Shown: positions 24,531-37,303 of the stretch, in pieces
Layout of the letters: each line of letters starts with the position of its first letter
Position numbering within the stretch: the stretch's first letter is position 1
From: Chlorokybus atmophyticus
Lineage: Eukaryota > Plantae > Mesostigma and Chlorokybus algae
DNA: 64,000 bases
Direction: 5' to 3'
Assembly (NCBI GenBank): GCA_009103225.1
Contig: RHPI01000277.1
Coordinates: 394,074 to 458,073, forward strand
Translations under genes and position numbers: made by a program
The notes under the pieces: model-generated
What the model saw: only the letters and a program-made list of their open reading frames with translations
Database searches by the model: none
Told to the model about the DNA's origin: nothing

Positions 24531-27500
24531 CTACTGCCTGTGCGGGCACTGGGACGACCAGTGCCCCACCTGTTTGCAGATGAAGCACGGGTCTCCCGCG
24601 CGTCCGCGAGGCAGAGAAGCCGGGCTTGCTTGCAAGGAGAGAGGCCCATTGCCAGCAGCATCCGGCATGCCCTTTCCGGGGCAAGCATTGGCCCAGTGAC
24701 CCTTGCCTCCACATTTGAAACAGTTGCTGGTCGCCCTGCTGTTCTGTGCGAGCGCTGGCCTTGACGGGGCTTGGAATGCCGCATTGGCTGCAGGGAAGCT
24801 TTCGAGGCCATTTGTGTTGGCTTCGTCGATAATGGGCGCACCAGGGCGCACTCTATCCATTTTTCTCCAAGCCTCCCATGCGTCGTCGGCATACTGCTTG
24901 CCAGCACAAATGGTGTCATAGAAGCGCCGCACAACGCTGCTTGCCCTGTCGTATGCAAAGCAAGTGGTGGGTGACTTGACCAACTTTAAGACGTATAAGG
25001 ACCAGTATTGGCTCACTTGACGCTGTTGTTGTATCCGACGTTCATGACTTCCAGGCCTTCCAGGGTCCTTGCACGGCTGAGGGCAACATAGGCTTGACCT
25101 TCTGCAAACATGTCCTTCATTGACACTTTGCAGCGGTCCAAGGTCATGCCTGCATACACAGCCACCGAGTGAGTGATCATGCAAGCTGTGCTGCACAGCA
25201 GTACTACCAACATATGCATGGCTCACCTTGACATTTGTGTATGGTCAGAGCCCAAGCAAGCTTCAAAGGTACCTGCAGCTCAAAGTTTTCAACGCTATTG
25301 CGCAGTTGGGCATTTTTGCCATGCATCGTCTAGCATGTTTATATCCATTTCCCTAACCGCATATGGCGGAGCGCATGTTCAATTACTTGTGTCCGGACGC
25401 AAAGGCCAGCATTGGGTACTTCATGCTCGAACTTGTCTGGGTCTATCGTGACCGTCCGACCGTTGGTAAACTTCACAACAGGCCAGTACTCTGCTTGGGT
25501 CTGCATCTGCAGGAACAAGGCTTGAGGTGGCGCCACAGTGCTTTAGCATTTGGCACAACCTTGACATTGCAACAGCTGTCGAGCAGACTGCTTTGGAAGG
25601 TGTGCTGCAATTGCAGACTATGTCATAGCAGAGTTGGCGGGCACGGCTTACTTGAGCAGTTTGCGCTTGACTTGCTTCAAGTGTGCCAGCACCAGACGGG
25701 GCAACGACCAGCTGCTTGTTGGCGACCTCCGTTGCACCATGGGGCGCTGTCAACAACTGCAGCGGCCAAGGAAGTCGGTGGCAGAAACATGCACACGCGT
25801 CATGAATGTAAGAACTGGCTTTTGCTGCGTACCAAGGGCTCATCTCTTTGCTGCGGACCCTGGCCAATATCAGAGATTGCAAAAAGCTGTTGCAGATTAT
25901 CATTTTGAGTGGATCCAGGCACGGTCTCTGAGGAGATAGTCTTGGCATCCCAACCAACCACAACACCCCGTGAACCATTGACAAGCATCCCGCCATTGTC
26001 ACCAGTCAAGTCCAGGTTCTTCAGCAGCATGACCTGTGCACAGGAGTTGTCACTGTGTATCTCGAGCATGCATGTTGTGGTTACGCTGCAGCACGCATGT
26101 TTAACTACAACAAGGCATCTGTATACAAAGGAGTACTGTGACAACAAGGCAACAGCCACCTGCGAATTCAATTTGAGTTGCATGTCCTTCACAGCCATGC
26201 AGTCTCTCCAAAACTCGCTGTCTTTCAACATCTGCAACGCCTGAGCTTCATTGCCTGCAGCATCTTTGCTGACCTGCATGTCATCCTGAGCAGAATGCGG
26301 ACAGGTTGGAAACGCGCCTGGCCAGGTTTGAGGTTGCGAGTAAATCCATTATGTGTTGCAATGCAGAAGAGATGACATGACACAAACTGACAGAGACTGT
26401 TCCACGATAACTCATTACCTTGGCAACAAAAGTTTTGGCAGAGCCATCCAGCTTGTTCAGTTCTTCAGCATTTCGTCTATCAACATCTACATTTCTAGAG
26501 TACAGCTCCGTCGGTCTGATCCCATCTGAGGTATCAAGAGGTCGTGCGCAGCGCAAGATTATGCTACGTACCTGTTGCATATGAGTAACATCAACCAACA
26601 ACCCAGCTTTCAAACGCACAAGTAACTGTGCATGCCTCACAAGTTGTTCACAGCACGTGTTAGGTGAGTGCAGTGGGTATAACATTAGCAACAAGAAGGC
26701 TTACCGCAGCACCGGCATCAGCATTGCCTACTCGAATGCGGTTCAGCAGGCTAACAAACACGTCATCCGATTGCCTGAACACTTTCTGAAGGATCACGTG
26801 CTTCATGTTGCAAAGGTTCCATGCAGGTGCTTGAAACGCAAAGCCCCTGTACAGTACCGGCTCGCAGTTAGCATGTAACTGCGAGGCTATCGTTCTAATC
26901 ATTGAACAGCTCACCTGTTTAGGAAGTAACCATAAGCCATGTTTGGGTTCCAACTCTGCGAGATGGGTGGCAGTTGAAAAAAATCTCCACAGAAAATCAG
27001 CTGGATGCCACCAAAGGGTCGCTCCATGAACTCCATATCGCCATGTCCATTTTCCGATGGTTGCGCGCGCATCTGTCGGACGGTTTCTTCCAACATGTTG
27101 AACATCTCTGCGCTGATCTGCAAATTCAAACAGCATTTGTATATGTTGTGGAATGCAGATAGAAAGGCAATGCATTCCCAGCACGCCCACCATAGAGATC
27201 TCGTCTATGATTAGAACCGCCAATTGTTTCCACCGCATTCTAACATCACGATTCCACATCTTCTGAAAGCTGTCAAGACGTCGAGGAATGCCACATCCTG
27301 CCTGGGAAAAGAGGGTCATGGGTAGAAACCGGGCAGGAACATATGAGCGTCTGACTTGGTGACAGCCATGATGAAGAAGCCATTGTACAGTGGGGTCCAA
27401 ATAAACATGTTGCGTGTGTATGCTTAAGAAGCAAGCAGTTTCTGATGTCGACAACAAGAATGGCAAATTGCATGGCCATGCAATCGCACGGTACTAACCT

Positions 27501-28339
27501 GGGCATGGAGGGTGGTCCCACCAATATGAGTGGCTGCAATGCCAGTCGCCGCTGTGATAGCCACCTTGCATTGGAAGCAGGCGCAAACGTGTCGTTTCCG
27601 ACCAAATCGATGGTTGCCTGGCGCTTGCGTATGCCGACCCGTGTACATGGACTTGAAGTACTTGATGATGTAGTTGAGCAGGAAAGACTTGCCAGTGCCC
27701 GCAGCCCCCGTGAAAAACACGTTCTGCACACGAATGTGTCAACCTGTGCAGAAGCTCCTTTTGCGCCATCAACCTAATGTCTGCAATTCGGGCAGTACTT
27801 ACCTCTCCTTGCTGTACCAATTCCAAGACATGCATTTGCTCGTCGCTCAACCCAGCAAATTGCACTCCAGCAGGGGCTTGGTTGCCGGCCTTCCCGGCCT
27901 GGCGGTTCACTGCGACTAGGGTTGGATCAACCCTTCCAGAAGTGGAAGGCGCAGACTCTGCGAGTGCAGGGATTTCTCGCTTAGGTGCTGCTGCATTTGG
28001 AACTTGGAAGGTAGGGCGCAAGTAGTTCTGAGTGGGACCAATGTCCTGTGACACCCTGCTCATGGTTGGCGCGTTGCCTTCAGGTTTAATCACCGGCGCT
28101 GATCGAGCAAAGAAGTCTTTCAGCGTGACATTGCTAGCTGGTGATTTCTTTGGCGCAACGCTGCGTCGGAACCCCTGCTGAGGAGCCAAGTTCTCGCTCT
28201 TGCGCTTGACGAACTGAGAGGGCGGCGTAGCCGGCTGCTGGTATGGCTGCGTAGCTTTCTGGTCGTTGGCAAAAAGCTGTGAAACGGTGTTGAGAATGCG
28301 CTCAGCATTCGCTGTCCTGTTGGCGCTGGCATTGTCCAT
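24531..28339 (-). CDS. PIF1: PIF1-family 5'-3' DNA helicase, multi-exon, with two C-terminal CCHC zinc knuckles; additional 5' exon(s) possible up to ~28.8 kb
   Basis: [11 protein letters not shown] (Walker A), [63 protein letters not shown]|[42 protein letters not shown]; GT-AG introns. No lesions seen in the conserved exons inspected. Confidence 0.95.
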
Positions 28340-28912
28340 GCCGCTGCAACATGCGGGGCAGCCGTGCCGAAGGCGCAGTTGTTGTTAATTTGGAAATGTA
28401 CGCATGACAAATAACCGTTCCAGCTGTCTTCATGCAAAAGAAGCTTGCGCAAGCTGTGCATGCGTACACAGCAAGTAAGATACTGGCGCATTGCCCGTGA
28501 CCTCACGCTACGGTAGCAATAACACTGAGAGGTAATCAACAACACTGAGAAATGCAAGCAGTAGCAGCATCACACCATGATACCTGGTTCAGCGTCAGCG
28601 AATAAATCAGCAATTCCTCTTTCCTCCTCCTCTTAAGCGACGTCCCGGTTGTCTGGCCGGAGGTTGCCGCCCGGCAGCAAAACCCTAGTTCCGAGCAGCG
28701 TGCGCAAAGCCATTCAAACAGCAGCACTCCTTGACCGTCCGATCGCTCGCGCGGGAAAGGGAACACCCGGTTTAGCCGTTGAATCCTGAAACCCCGCCGT
28801 ATCAATGGTTTGAATTTACGCGGGAAACCCGTCCGCTAAATTAGCGGACGCATGCAGCTGTTGAATCAAGTAGTAGGGGAAGGCGTGGTGCGTCGGGTAG
28901 CAAGGAACGGTG

Positions 28913-29005
28913 TTGTATTTGGTCGTGCTTTGTATTTGGTCGACCAAATACAAAGCATCGACGACCGCCCTGCTCCCCGCCGAGTAAATACAAGACCAAA
29001 TACAA
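28913..29005. repeat. Nested palindromic motif cluster (TATTTGGTC/GACCAAATA x4) with a perfect 32-bp palindrome at 28926-28957
   Basis: TGCTTTGTATTTGGTC|GACCAAATACAAAGCA, plus outer TTGTATTTGGTC (28913-28924) and GACCAAATACAA (28994-29005). Confidence 0.9.
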
Positions 29006-31625
29006 TCAAGCGTTAAGGCCACGCTGACCGCCGGTCAGCTGGCCGACAGTAGCGGCCTTTTTTTCCAACGCGACCGGACCGGTTGGTCGGCCGATAGTGG
29101 AGCTGTTTTTGTTTATTTTCTTCGGCTATTTGGTCGGACCAACGGCATATTCTTATCTAGTTTCTAGCCCTACATCGCGGGCCCTACACGGCGTGCCTTG
29201 ACGTTTTCAAAGCTAGTCGAGGACCATCTAATTAGAGGCTGCCACCAATTAGATGGACTGTCTGCTAATCAGATGAACCGCTAATACTTGCCTCAAACCC
29301 TAGATCAGTATTGTAGCAGCTGGTAATGACGGCGGCGTCGTGGAGGTGGCGTGGCCGCGTGGCGGCATAGATGTGAGGGAGAGAGGGAGAGAAGGAGGTA
29401 AAGAAGGGGTAAGGTTTCTTAAGGAGGTAGGAGGGGTGTAGATTTTGGTTTGGGGCTCAAGCTTGTGAGGGGCAAATGCCAATGGCGCCTCCTCCTCCTT
29501 CATCAACGCCGCTATACCACCAACCAGCTCCTCCTTCCTCATCTGATCCGCCACACAATGTGGAACAAGGGCAACAAGGTGTGAGAAATGTAATAAGCCT
29601 TGCTAAAATGCTCACATTACCACTACACCACCATTGTGACATCATGTGTGTGTGTCCGTGCGTGCGTGCGTGCGTGTAGAGCAAGGAGAGCAGGAGATAG
29701 AGGCCGGGCATCCAATATACGATGAAGCCCTTCAGCGAGTGAAGAAGCACCTTCCAATCGTGAAGCGCGATGCTTTCACACAGGCTTGGTCTCTTTCGCC
29801 TCTTGACTCTACGGTGTGGCCTAACATTCGACTGCCGCTTATAAACCCATTAATGACAATGTCGCAAGACGTGTTCACCGACAGCGTTCTACTCAAAAGG
29901 CGGGCATGTAAGTGCTTTGTTGATAACTCCGAGTGTGCACACCAACTTGCTATATAGTGTGCTCGCACACGCACATGCAAGCATGCACTTGCTCTGTATA
30001 CTTGCATGCATATGAGCTTATTCAAAAATTGTTTGATGCTGTATAGGTGACTTATTGGGCGCCGCACATATTCTTCAATGATTTTGTGAAGAGTTACTTG
30101 TGCCCGTGTTGCAAGAAGGATTTTATGACATCGGATGGATGGTACAAGCGCATGCGAAAGATCACTGCAGTCGATGGCAATGATTGGTTGTTTGGCATGT
30201 GTCTTCGATGCAAGAAATGCAAAGGTATGTATCATCAATAAGTCAACTGTGTTGGTAGCCAGTAGTTGCTTGCATGTAACATTGTTTTTTTATTCGGGTG
30301 CAGGCAACAATGATCGAGACTTCACGTGCTTCACATACGATGAGCGCATCGTGAAAATTGCCATCCTTCGTGCAAGAGGAACTCAATATTGTCTTAACAC
30401 ATCGCGCGGGAATGGACGAGGCCGTTTATGACCACATCTCGCGAGCTGACGTGGCCGGGCAATCCGCTTCCGAGATTGGAGGTCAATTGAAAGAGAGCCA
30501 TTACACCGCATACACAAAGGTGAACTACTACTCGCTACTTAAGGGTTTTTATATACATGAGCACTCATATACGATACTTGAGTTGACATGTATGGCTCGC
30601 ACACTTTTTGTGGGAAGCTACAGGCGCTTTTGGCATACTTGGAGGTTTAGGAGCATCTCCATCAAGCCAGTGCTGGTTTCGCAGCGTACTGCTCTACCAT
30701 ACCCGCTCCAGCACCATTTGGCACTTTTGAGAACCCGAAAGGCTATAGGGGTTATGTGCCTAGCGGAGATTATCTACTTGCTGCATATGTTGAAAATAGT
30801 CAAGAACGCCAAGCGTGGCAACAAGCTAAGATGGTGAGGTTGGGAGGGGAGATTCTTGCTGTCGACCACAGCTTCAAGTTGCCCAAGTTCATCAAGCATC
30901 ATGGTGAGAAGGTTGCCGAAGCGGTTTTTACAGTGTACAATGAAGCAAAGCAAGTAAGTTTCATTTGTCATATCTCCCCCTCCCCTCCCCCCTCCCGGCC
31001 CCCCCACCCCGCCATCCACCCCGCCTCTCCGCCTTTCCACGCATGAGAATTGCTGGATATACTTGGTTTTCTTTGTGGATGTGCAGGTGATCGGGTGGTA
31101 CTTTGCGACATCATCCGCGATGTCTGAAGTTAAATCATCGCTGCGTAAGATAGTACACCGAGATTTTTACACAAAGAACAACCGGGTACACACTTGTATA
31201 CTGGTGCAAGATCACTGTGCGTGTTAACATTAATAGCACATGTGACTTACATATTTGTTTGTGGTTAGCCGTTACGTGTGGTGTATTGCGACAACACTGC
31301 CAACATGGAAGAGATCCTTCGTCGTGCTTTTGAGAGTGCAAGTTTGGTTGTGAAAGAGGACCCTTGGCATTTTATGGACCGTTATGCGCGTCTGATTCCG
31401 GACAAGCCCATTAAAAGGTGTCGCGCATAATTGTTTATTATGTTATTGCATTATATCCTTAACAACTTGGGGTGCTATTTATGCAGCGCATTTTTTGGGT
31501 GAGTTGAGTCAAGCCATGTTTGAGCCGGACAAAGAAAAAGAGCAAGCTTTGCGAGAGTGGTTGTTGAATGTGGCAAAAAAGACGCCTGAGCAGGTGCAAC
31601 TGCATTAAGTGTTTGCAAAGGGGGA

Positions 31626-32168
31626 NNNNNNNNNNNNNNNNNNNNNNNNNNNNNNNNNNNNNNNNNNNNNNNNNNNNNNNNNNNNNNNNNNNNNNNNNNN
31701 NNNNNNNNNNNNNNNNNNNNNNNNNNNNNNNNNNNNNNNNNNNNNNNNNNNNNNNNNNNNNNNNNNNNNNNNNNNNNNNNNNNNNNNNNNNNNNNNNNNN
31801 NNNNNNNNNNNNNNNNNNNNNNNNNNNNNNNNNNNNNNNNNNNNNNNNNNNNNNNNNNNNNNNNNNNNNNNNNNNNNNNNNNNNNNNNNNNNNNNNNNNN
31901 NNNNNNNNNNNNNNNNNNNNNNNNNNNNNNNNNNNNNNNNNNNNNNNNNNNNNNNNNNNNNNNNNNNNNNNNNNNNNNNNNNNNNNNNNNNNNNNNNNNN
32001 NNNNNNNNNNNNNNNNNNNNNNNNNNNNNNNNNNNNNNNNNNNNNNNNNNNNNNNNNNNNNNNNNNNNNNNNNNNNNNNNNNNNNNNNNNNNNNNNNNNN
32101 NNNNNNNNNNNNNNNNNNNNNNNNNNNNNNNNNNNNNNNNNNNNNNNNNNNNNNNNNNNNNNNNNNNN
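31626..32168. other. Assembly gap (543 N) inside the transposase gene
   Basis: Run of N. Confidence 1.
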
Positions 32169-32786
32169 AAGGGAGTGCGCTTGTACTTTAACATCAACAA
32201 AGAGGGCAATCAGCCGCGCTACATGTGTGCAAGGGGAACTTCCCCGTTGGAGGGATTTCATAGGTTGCTGCGAGGCAGCGTGCAAGGAACCAACACATCA
32301 GCTGCATTGGCTGCACTCATCGTGACGGATTACATTGACCGTCACAACACACGTAGCGGTATTCGCAACCTGGGTAATGTGGACTACGGCACTTATGACC
32401 ATCGCCTCGTGCAAGTAAGTACTTCAATTGCAACACAATATACAACCAATCGAATGTGTCGTTGTCGGTTGCTGTTATTGCCTTGTGTTAACATTACCAC
32501 TTGTCATGTCTGGCAACAGAAGGTGCACATGTTATATGACAAACAAGGCTGGAGAAATCCATTGCCGCAATGGGAGGTCATTACATCATTGGAGATTGAT
32601 GAGCGATTAGGCATGGACCATGCTCCACCTGTTATGGAACAACTCTTTCAAGCGCTTAAAGAACGAGATGCTTCAGGAGAAGCACGAGTTGAGGGTGAAG
32701 AGTGGGTGACGCACATTCTAGACGATGAGGTGCAAGTGCACACATGATTGCTCCTCCCCGTTCACCATTGTTGCGCACATGCATGT

Positions 32787-32805
32787 TCTCTCTCTCTCNN
32801 NNNNN

Positions 32806-32892
<87 letters not shown>
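32787..32892. repeat. (CT)n microsatellite in an intron
   Basis: Direct; contains Ns. Confidence 0.95.
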
Positions 32893-32896
<4 letters not shown>

Positions 32897-33071
32897 CTCT
32901 CTCTGCCTACTCGCACTGCGTACACAAACAGATGCATAACAGCATGATGCACGCACGCACGCATGCGCACATGCACGCACGCCAGCCCGCCTCGCATGCG
33001 CATGCACACGTTCAAGCATGCACGCACATGCGCAGGCAGGGTTGCGTGCACACACGTACATATATTTGCAG

Positions 33072-34746
33072 GTCGATGCACCCGTGCCGCCACCCGTGCC
33101 GATGGCGCGGCGCGCTGCTACAGCAGAGCATGTAAGTGCAAGCTTGCACAACCTCCTCTGGCACGCGCATGCACATGCACAATCATGCACGCGTGCTCGC
33201 AATCATGTACGCATGCTCGCACGCACGCACTGACATGAATGCACGCATGCACACAACACACGCACACGCACACGCACACACACACGCATGCGCACACGAA
33301 CACACACAATCACATGTACGCGCAGGTCAATGCGCCCATGATGGAGCCCGTGCCGATGGCCCGGCGCGCTGCTACAGCTGATGAAGTAAGTGCACAATTG
33401 CACAAACTCTCGCATGCAGCACACACATGCACACGCACAACCATGCACGCACGCGCACACGCACACGCGCACGCGCACACGCACATGCACACGCACACGC
33501 ACACGCACACGCATACGCACACGCACATACTTGCATGTACGCGCAGGTCAATGCACCAGGGCCGCAGCCCGTGCCGATGGCACCGCGCGCTGCTACAGCT
33601 GAGCATGTAAGTGCATGCTTGCACAACCTCCTCTCACACACAGCATATCCACATACACATAGACAAGGCCGCCAGCTCGCCAGCCTCGCACGCAGCACAC
33701 ATGCATACGCCAGCCCGTCAGCCTCCTCGCACGCTCATGCACATGCACAGTCATAAATGCATGATCGCAAGCATGCACGCACCCATGTGCATGAATGCAC
33801 GCACACAACACATACCCGCCAGCCTTGCACGCGCACACACGCAATACACGCACTCACGCACAAGCACGCACGCACATGCATATGAACGCACGCACATGCA
33901 TGCAACACATAGACGCACACGCACATGCACACGCATGCCCACACCCACACCCACACCCACACCCACACCCACACGCACACCCACACCCATACCCATACCC
34001 ACACCCACACGTCGTGCAGGTCGATGCGCCCATGCAGCCCGTGCCAATAGCGCGGCGCGCTGCTCCAGCTGAGCATGTAAGTGCACGGTTGTATGTTGCG
34101 AGCATGCACGCACGCACGCACGCGCACACGCACCAGCACGGTTGTATGTTGCGAGCATGTGTAAGTGCACACGCACGCACGCACACACGCACGCACGCGC
34201 ATCAGCACACGCATCATTCATGATGCCCACACCCACACCCACACGTCGTGCAGGTCGATGCGTCCATGCCAAAGCCAGTGCCAGTGGCGCAGAGCGCTGC
34301 TACACCTAAGCATGTAAGTGCACTAACTCTCGCATGCATTACACACATGCATACGCCAGCCCGTTGGCCTCCTCACACGCCTGGGCACATGCACGACCAT
34401 GCACGCATGTAGACACGCACGCACGCACGCAACATACACACGGGCACACACACACGCACACATTTGCACGTACGCGCAGGTCAATGCACCAGTTCAGCAG
34501 CCCGTGCCGATGGCACCGCGCGCTGCTACAGCTCAGCATGTAAGTGCATGCTTGCACAACCTTCTCTCACACGCAGCACACCCACAAACACAATATAGAC
34601 AAGGCCGCCAGCTCGCCAGCCTCTGCGCATGCGCACGCACGCACGCATACATGCATGCATGTAACACACAAAAGCATGTGCAGGTCAATGCGCCCATGCC
34701 GCAGCCTGTGCCACTGGCGCGGCGTGACGGTACAGCCGATGAGCAT
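33072..34746 (+). repeat. Array of seven paralogous phase-0 mini-exons (57-63 nt) in CA-rich introns
   Basis: Exons 33072-33131, 33326-33385, 33547-33606, 34020-34076, 34254-34313, 34480-34539, 34684-34746. Each is bounded by GCAG| and |GTAAGT and encodes a variant of V(D/N)APxxxPVPMAxRAATAEH. Confidence 0.9.
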
Positions 34747-36356
34747 GTAAGTAAACACCCCCTCCCTCCTCTCACATGGAGCACACTTACAGACACGCAC
34801 ACTCTTATTGCCGATGCTGATGAGCTAGTAAAATACCTACACGCTTGCACGCAAGCATATAGCACACACATATGTACTTGCTTTCCATGTTGGTTGTGTA
34901 CAGGCAAAAAGCAACAATCCACTCGTCAATCAAGGGATTGATGATATCAAAGTTCTTCAACAAGCCACGCGATGCATGAGCATATCACCACGTCAACTTC
35001 GTTCACCTGAAGAGCTTGCGCGGGCCACGCGGCGCATGAGTATGTCACCGCGCCCGCCTTGTTCACCAGCTCAGCGGCAGCCATGGAGATCAGGGTCAGC
35101 CTCAACTAGGTCGCCTCTTGGAGCAGGTGAGCTAGTCGAGCTCAAGCTCAACCAACACACCTTCCAACTATTGTGGTTATGTGTTTTGCAGTTGGTCAAG
35201 GCAATAGTACTACCGCGCGGTTCAAGCAGCGCAATCTGCAGGTGCGTAAAGCCATTGTTCGCAAGAAGAAACCGTTGAACTTTGCCCGTCATGTAACCAC
35301 TGAGGACGAGAGGCGGTTGTGGTCCGAGTTGTACCCGGACTTCACAACCGAAAAAGGCACCGATTGGGAAAGCATGTGCCGCGAGTGGAATCTCAAGCTA
35401 GCTGAACATGTGGCCCTACAGCAAGAAAGCCAGCTCTTTTGGAAATGCAAACATCATCTCCGAGCTTATGAAAAAAAGCTTGTGAAAGAGCTCATCAGCA
35501 ACGAGTTCACTATTGTAACTCGTGCAATGCAGACCTTTTTTACGCACCCTACCACAACATCCAACATGCCACCTCCGCCAGCAACCGGACACACGGCTGC
35601 ACCCGCGACAGAACAACCTCAACAACCTAGCTCAGGCGGATCTATGCGCACTACTCACCGAGGCACCGGCGTTGGCGGAAAAGGTGTGCAGCGAACTTGT
35701 AAGCAATGCTATCATTACAAGCGTGGGCAGGGGAGCGCACGAGTGCAGCGCCATACCAGCGAACACAGCAAGACATGTAAGTTCAAGAACACCAAGGAGT
35801 ATCCATGGCCGCCATTGTTGAGTGATTTGTGCGGTCATGACTGCAAGACAAAGTGCCGTGTTGTTGGGGAAGCAAGAGTGTAAAAGGTTTAGCCCAAATT
35901 TTTCTATATGTGTTCAAGTGGTTGGAACATGTGCCCATATAGCAAGACGGTTGTCTTATGCATGTGAAACGAGACATGGAGGGTGTCAACTTTTGAGCGA
36001 CCAAGCGTGTCGGATACATGTGCAAGTATGCGTGCATATTGCACGGGCAGCTTATGCGGCATGCATGCGCGTGCACGTGTGTGAGGAAGAAGTGGGGGTG
36101 AAGGTGGAGGTGGGGGTGGGGGTGGGGGTTTGTGACTAAGTCAAGGTTTATAACACGTATAACACGTATGCAAAGTGGGCATGCATTGGTGGACCTACAT
36201 TCGCGTCATACACTTGCATCCGTGCGTCAACTTGCACTCGCATTCACCACCACCATATCAATTAAAGTTGTGTACAATACCCCCCTCAAGTAGTGCCAAT
36301 AACAACAAGTACAAGGCTACATGTAGGCTACAAGGCTACATGCACAATGCTTTGGT

Positions 36357-37303
36357 TCAATACTCACGCCGCGAGTGAAAGGAGTTAAAGCACTTGGTAT
36401 GACAAAACCACAGACGCGAGTCTGTGAGTTCATTGTGAGCACTTCGCTCAGAACACTGAGTGCAATAGTATGTGGTCAGCTTGCCGCATAAGCAGCAATT
36501 GTGACGCTTTGCTTGGCGTTGCTTTACTGTCATGGGAGTGCCATCATCATTCTTCTCTAAGACTTCCGCATTGTGGTTCTGCACATGGAAAAGTTGAAGT
36601 CAACATCACATATTGCACAGAGTATGTGTGCATACAAACACATACACATTCTCAACCTTGGAGCGGCCGAGCTTGACGCGCAGTTCTCGTAATGCCTTTT
36701 GCCCAGGTCCAGTGAGTACCAATGTCTCAGCACGCTTGATACCTTTGATTGCCCTTGACACAGATGCTGAGGTGGTGTCAACTTGCTTGGGAGATGCTGC
36801 TGCTTTCCTCTTCGCCATTGCCAATGCTTTTGCTATCGCCTGCACATTGAGACTCATTGTAAGCAAGTGTGATGCAATTCCTAACATGCAGCAAACACTA
36901 ATGTGAGCATGACCAACAACAACAACAACAATAACAATAACAATAACCTTAAGAACAACACTTGCATGGGGGAAGAGGAAAGCATTAGCACCAAAGAAAC
37001 AATAACCACATGTTGGGATAGAGAGAAAGCTACCAGCAGCAGCAACAACAATAACATCAGCACATTGCATGCTGCGACTCACCCTAAGTCACAGTCGCTG
37101 CGCAGGCGACCACACAGCCACTCAATGCAGGCTGCGCCGGCGGCCACACAGCCGCCGCCCTTAACGCCCTTAACGCCGACGAGGCAGGAGGCTTGAGTAG
37201 ATGGGCCTACAGGCTGCTGCGCCGGTAGCTCTGCAAATTGCGGCCGCCACCAACGCCCTGCTTGACGCCGATGAAGGCGCGCAGGCGTAAGGGTTATAAA
37301 CAT
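36357..37303 (-). CDS. Small spliced gene ending in a piggyBac-type C-terminal cysteine-rich zinc finger
   Basis: Last exon HNCCLCGKLTTYYCTQCS...LWFCHTKCFNSFH; middle exon MSLNVQAIAKALAMAKRK...GRSK|GT; a (GTT)n-rich intron at ~36900-37080. First exon uncertain. Confidence 0.65.

Larger units (their letters stand above)
29476..35883 (+). pseudogene. Large spliced DDE transposase, DUF6729 / Mutator-NOF(Rehavkus)-like; start codon uncertain
   Basis: CPCCK..CLRCKKC finger, LAVDHSFKL (D), VVYCDN (D), KEDPWH (DxxH), ARGTSPLEGFH (E), YIDRHN, C-terminal ERRLW..DWESMCREWN. Lesions: frameshift ~30353, TAG 30648-30650. Family assignment is from motif recall. Confidence 0.75.

Noticed and set aside
24531-28339. 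Helitron RepHel
   Set aside because: No HUH Rep domain next to the helicase; it is a canonical intron-rich Pif1, and no Helitron TC..CTRR ends were identified.
33072-34746. Repeat-spacer pattern resembling a CRISPR array
   Set aside because: The units are 57-63 nt coding exons with splice sites, the 'spacers' are CA microsatellite introns of 140-410 nt, there are no cas genes, and the context is eukaryotic.
32656-34941. Numerous His/Thr-, Cys/Val- and Arg/Glu-rich ORFs
   Set aside because: Translations of CA/GT and CT/GA microsatellites in introns.
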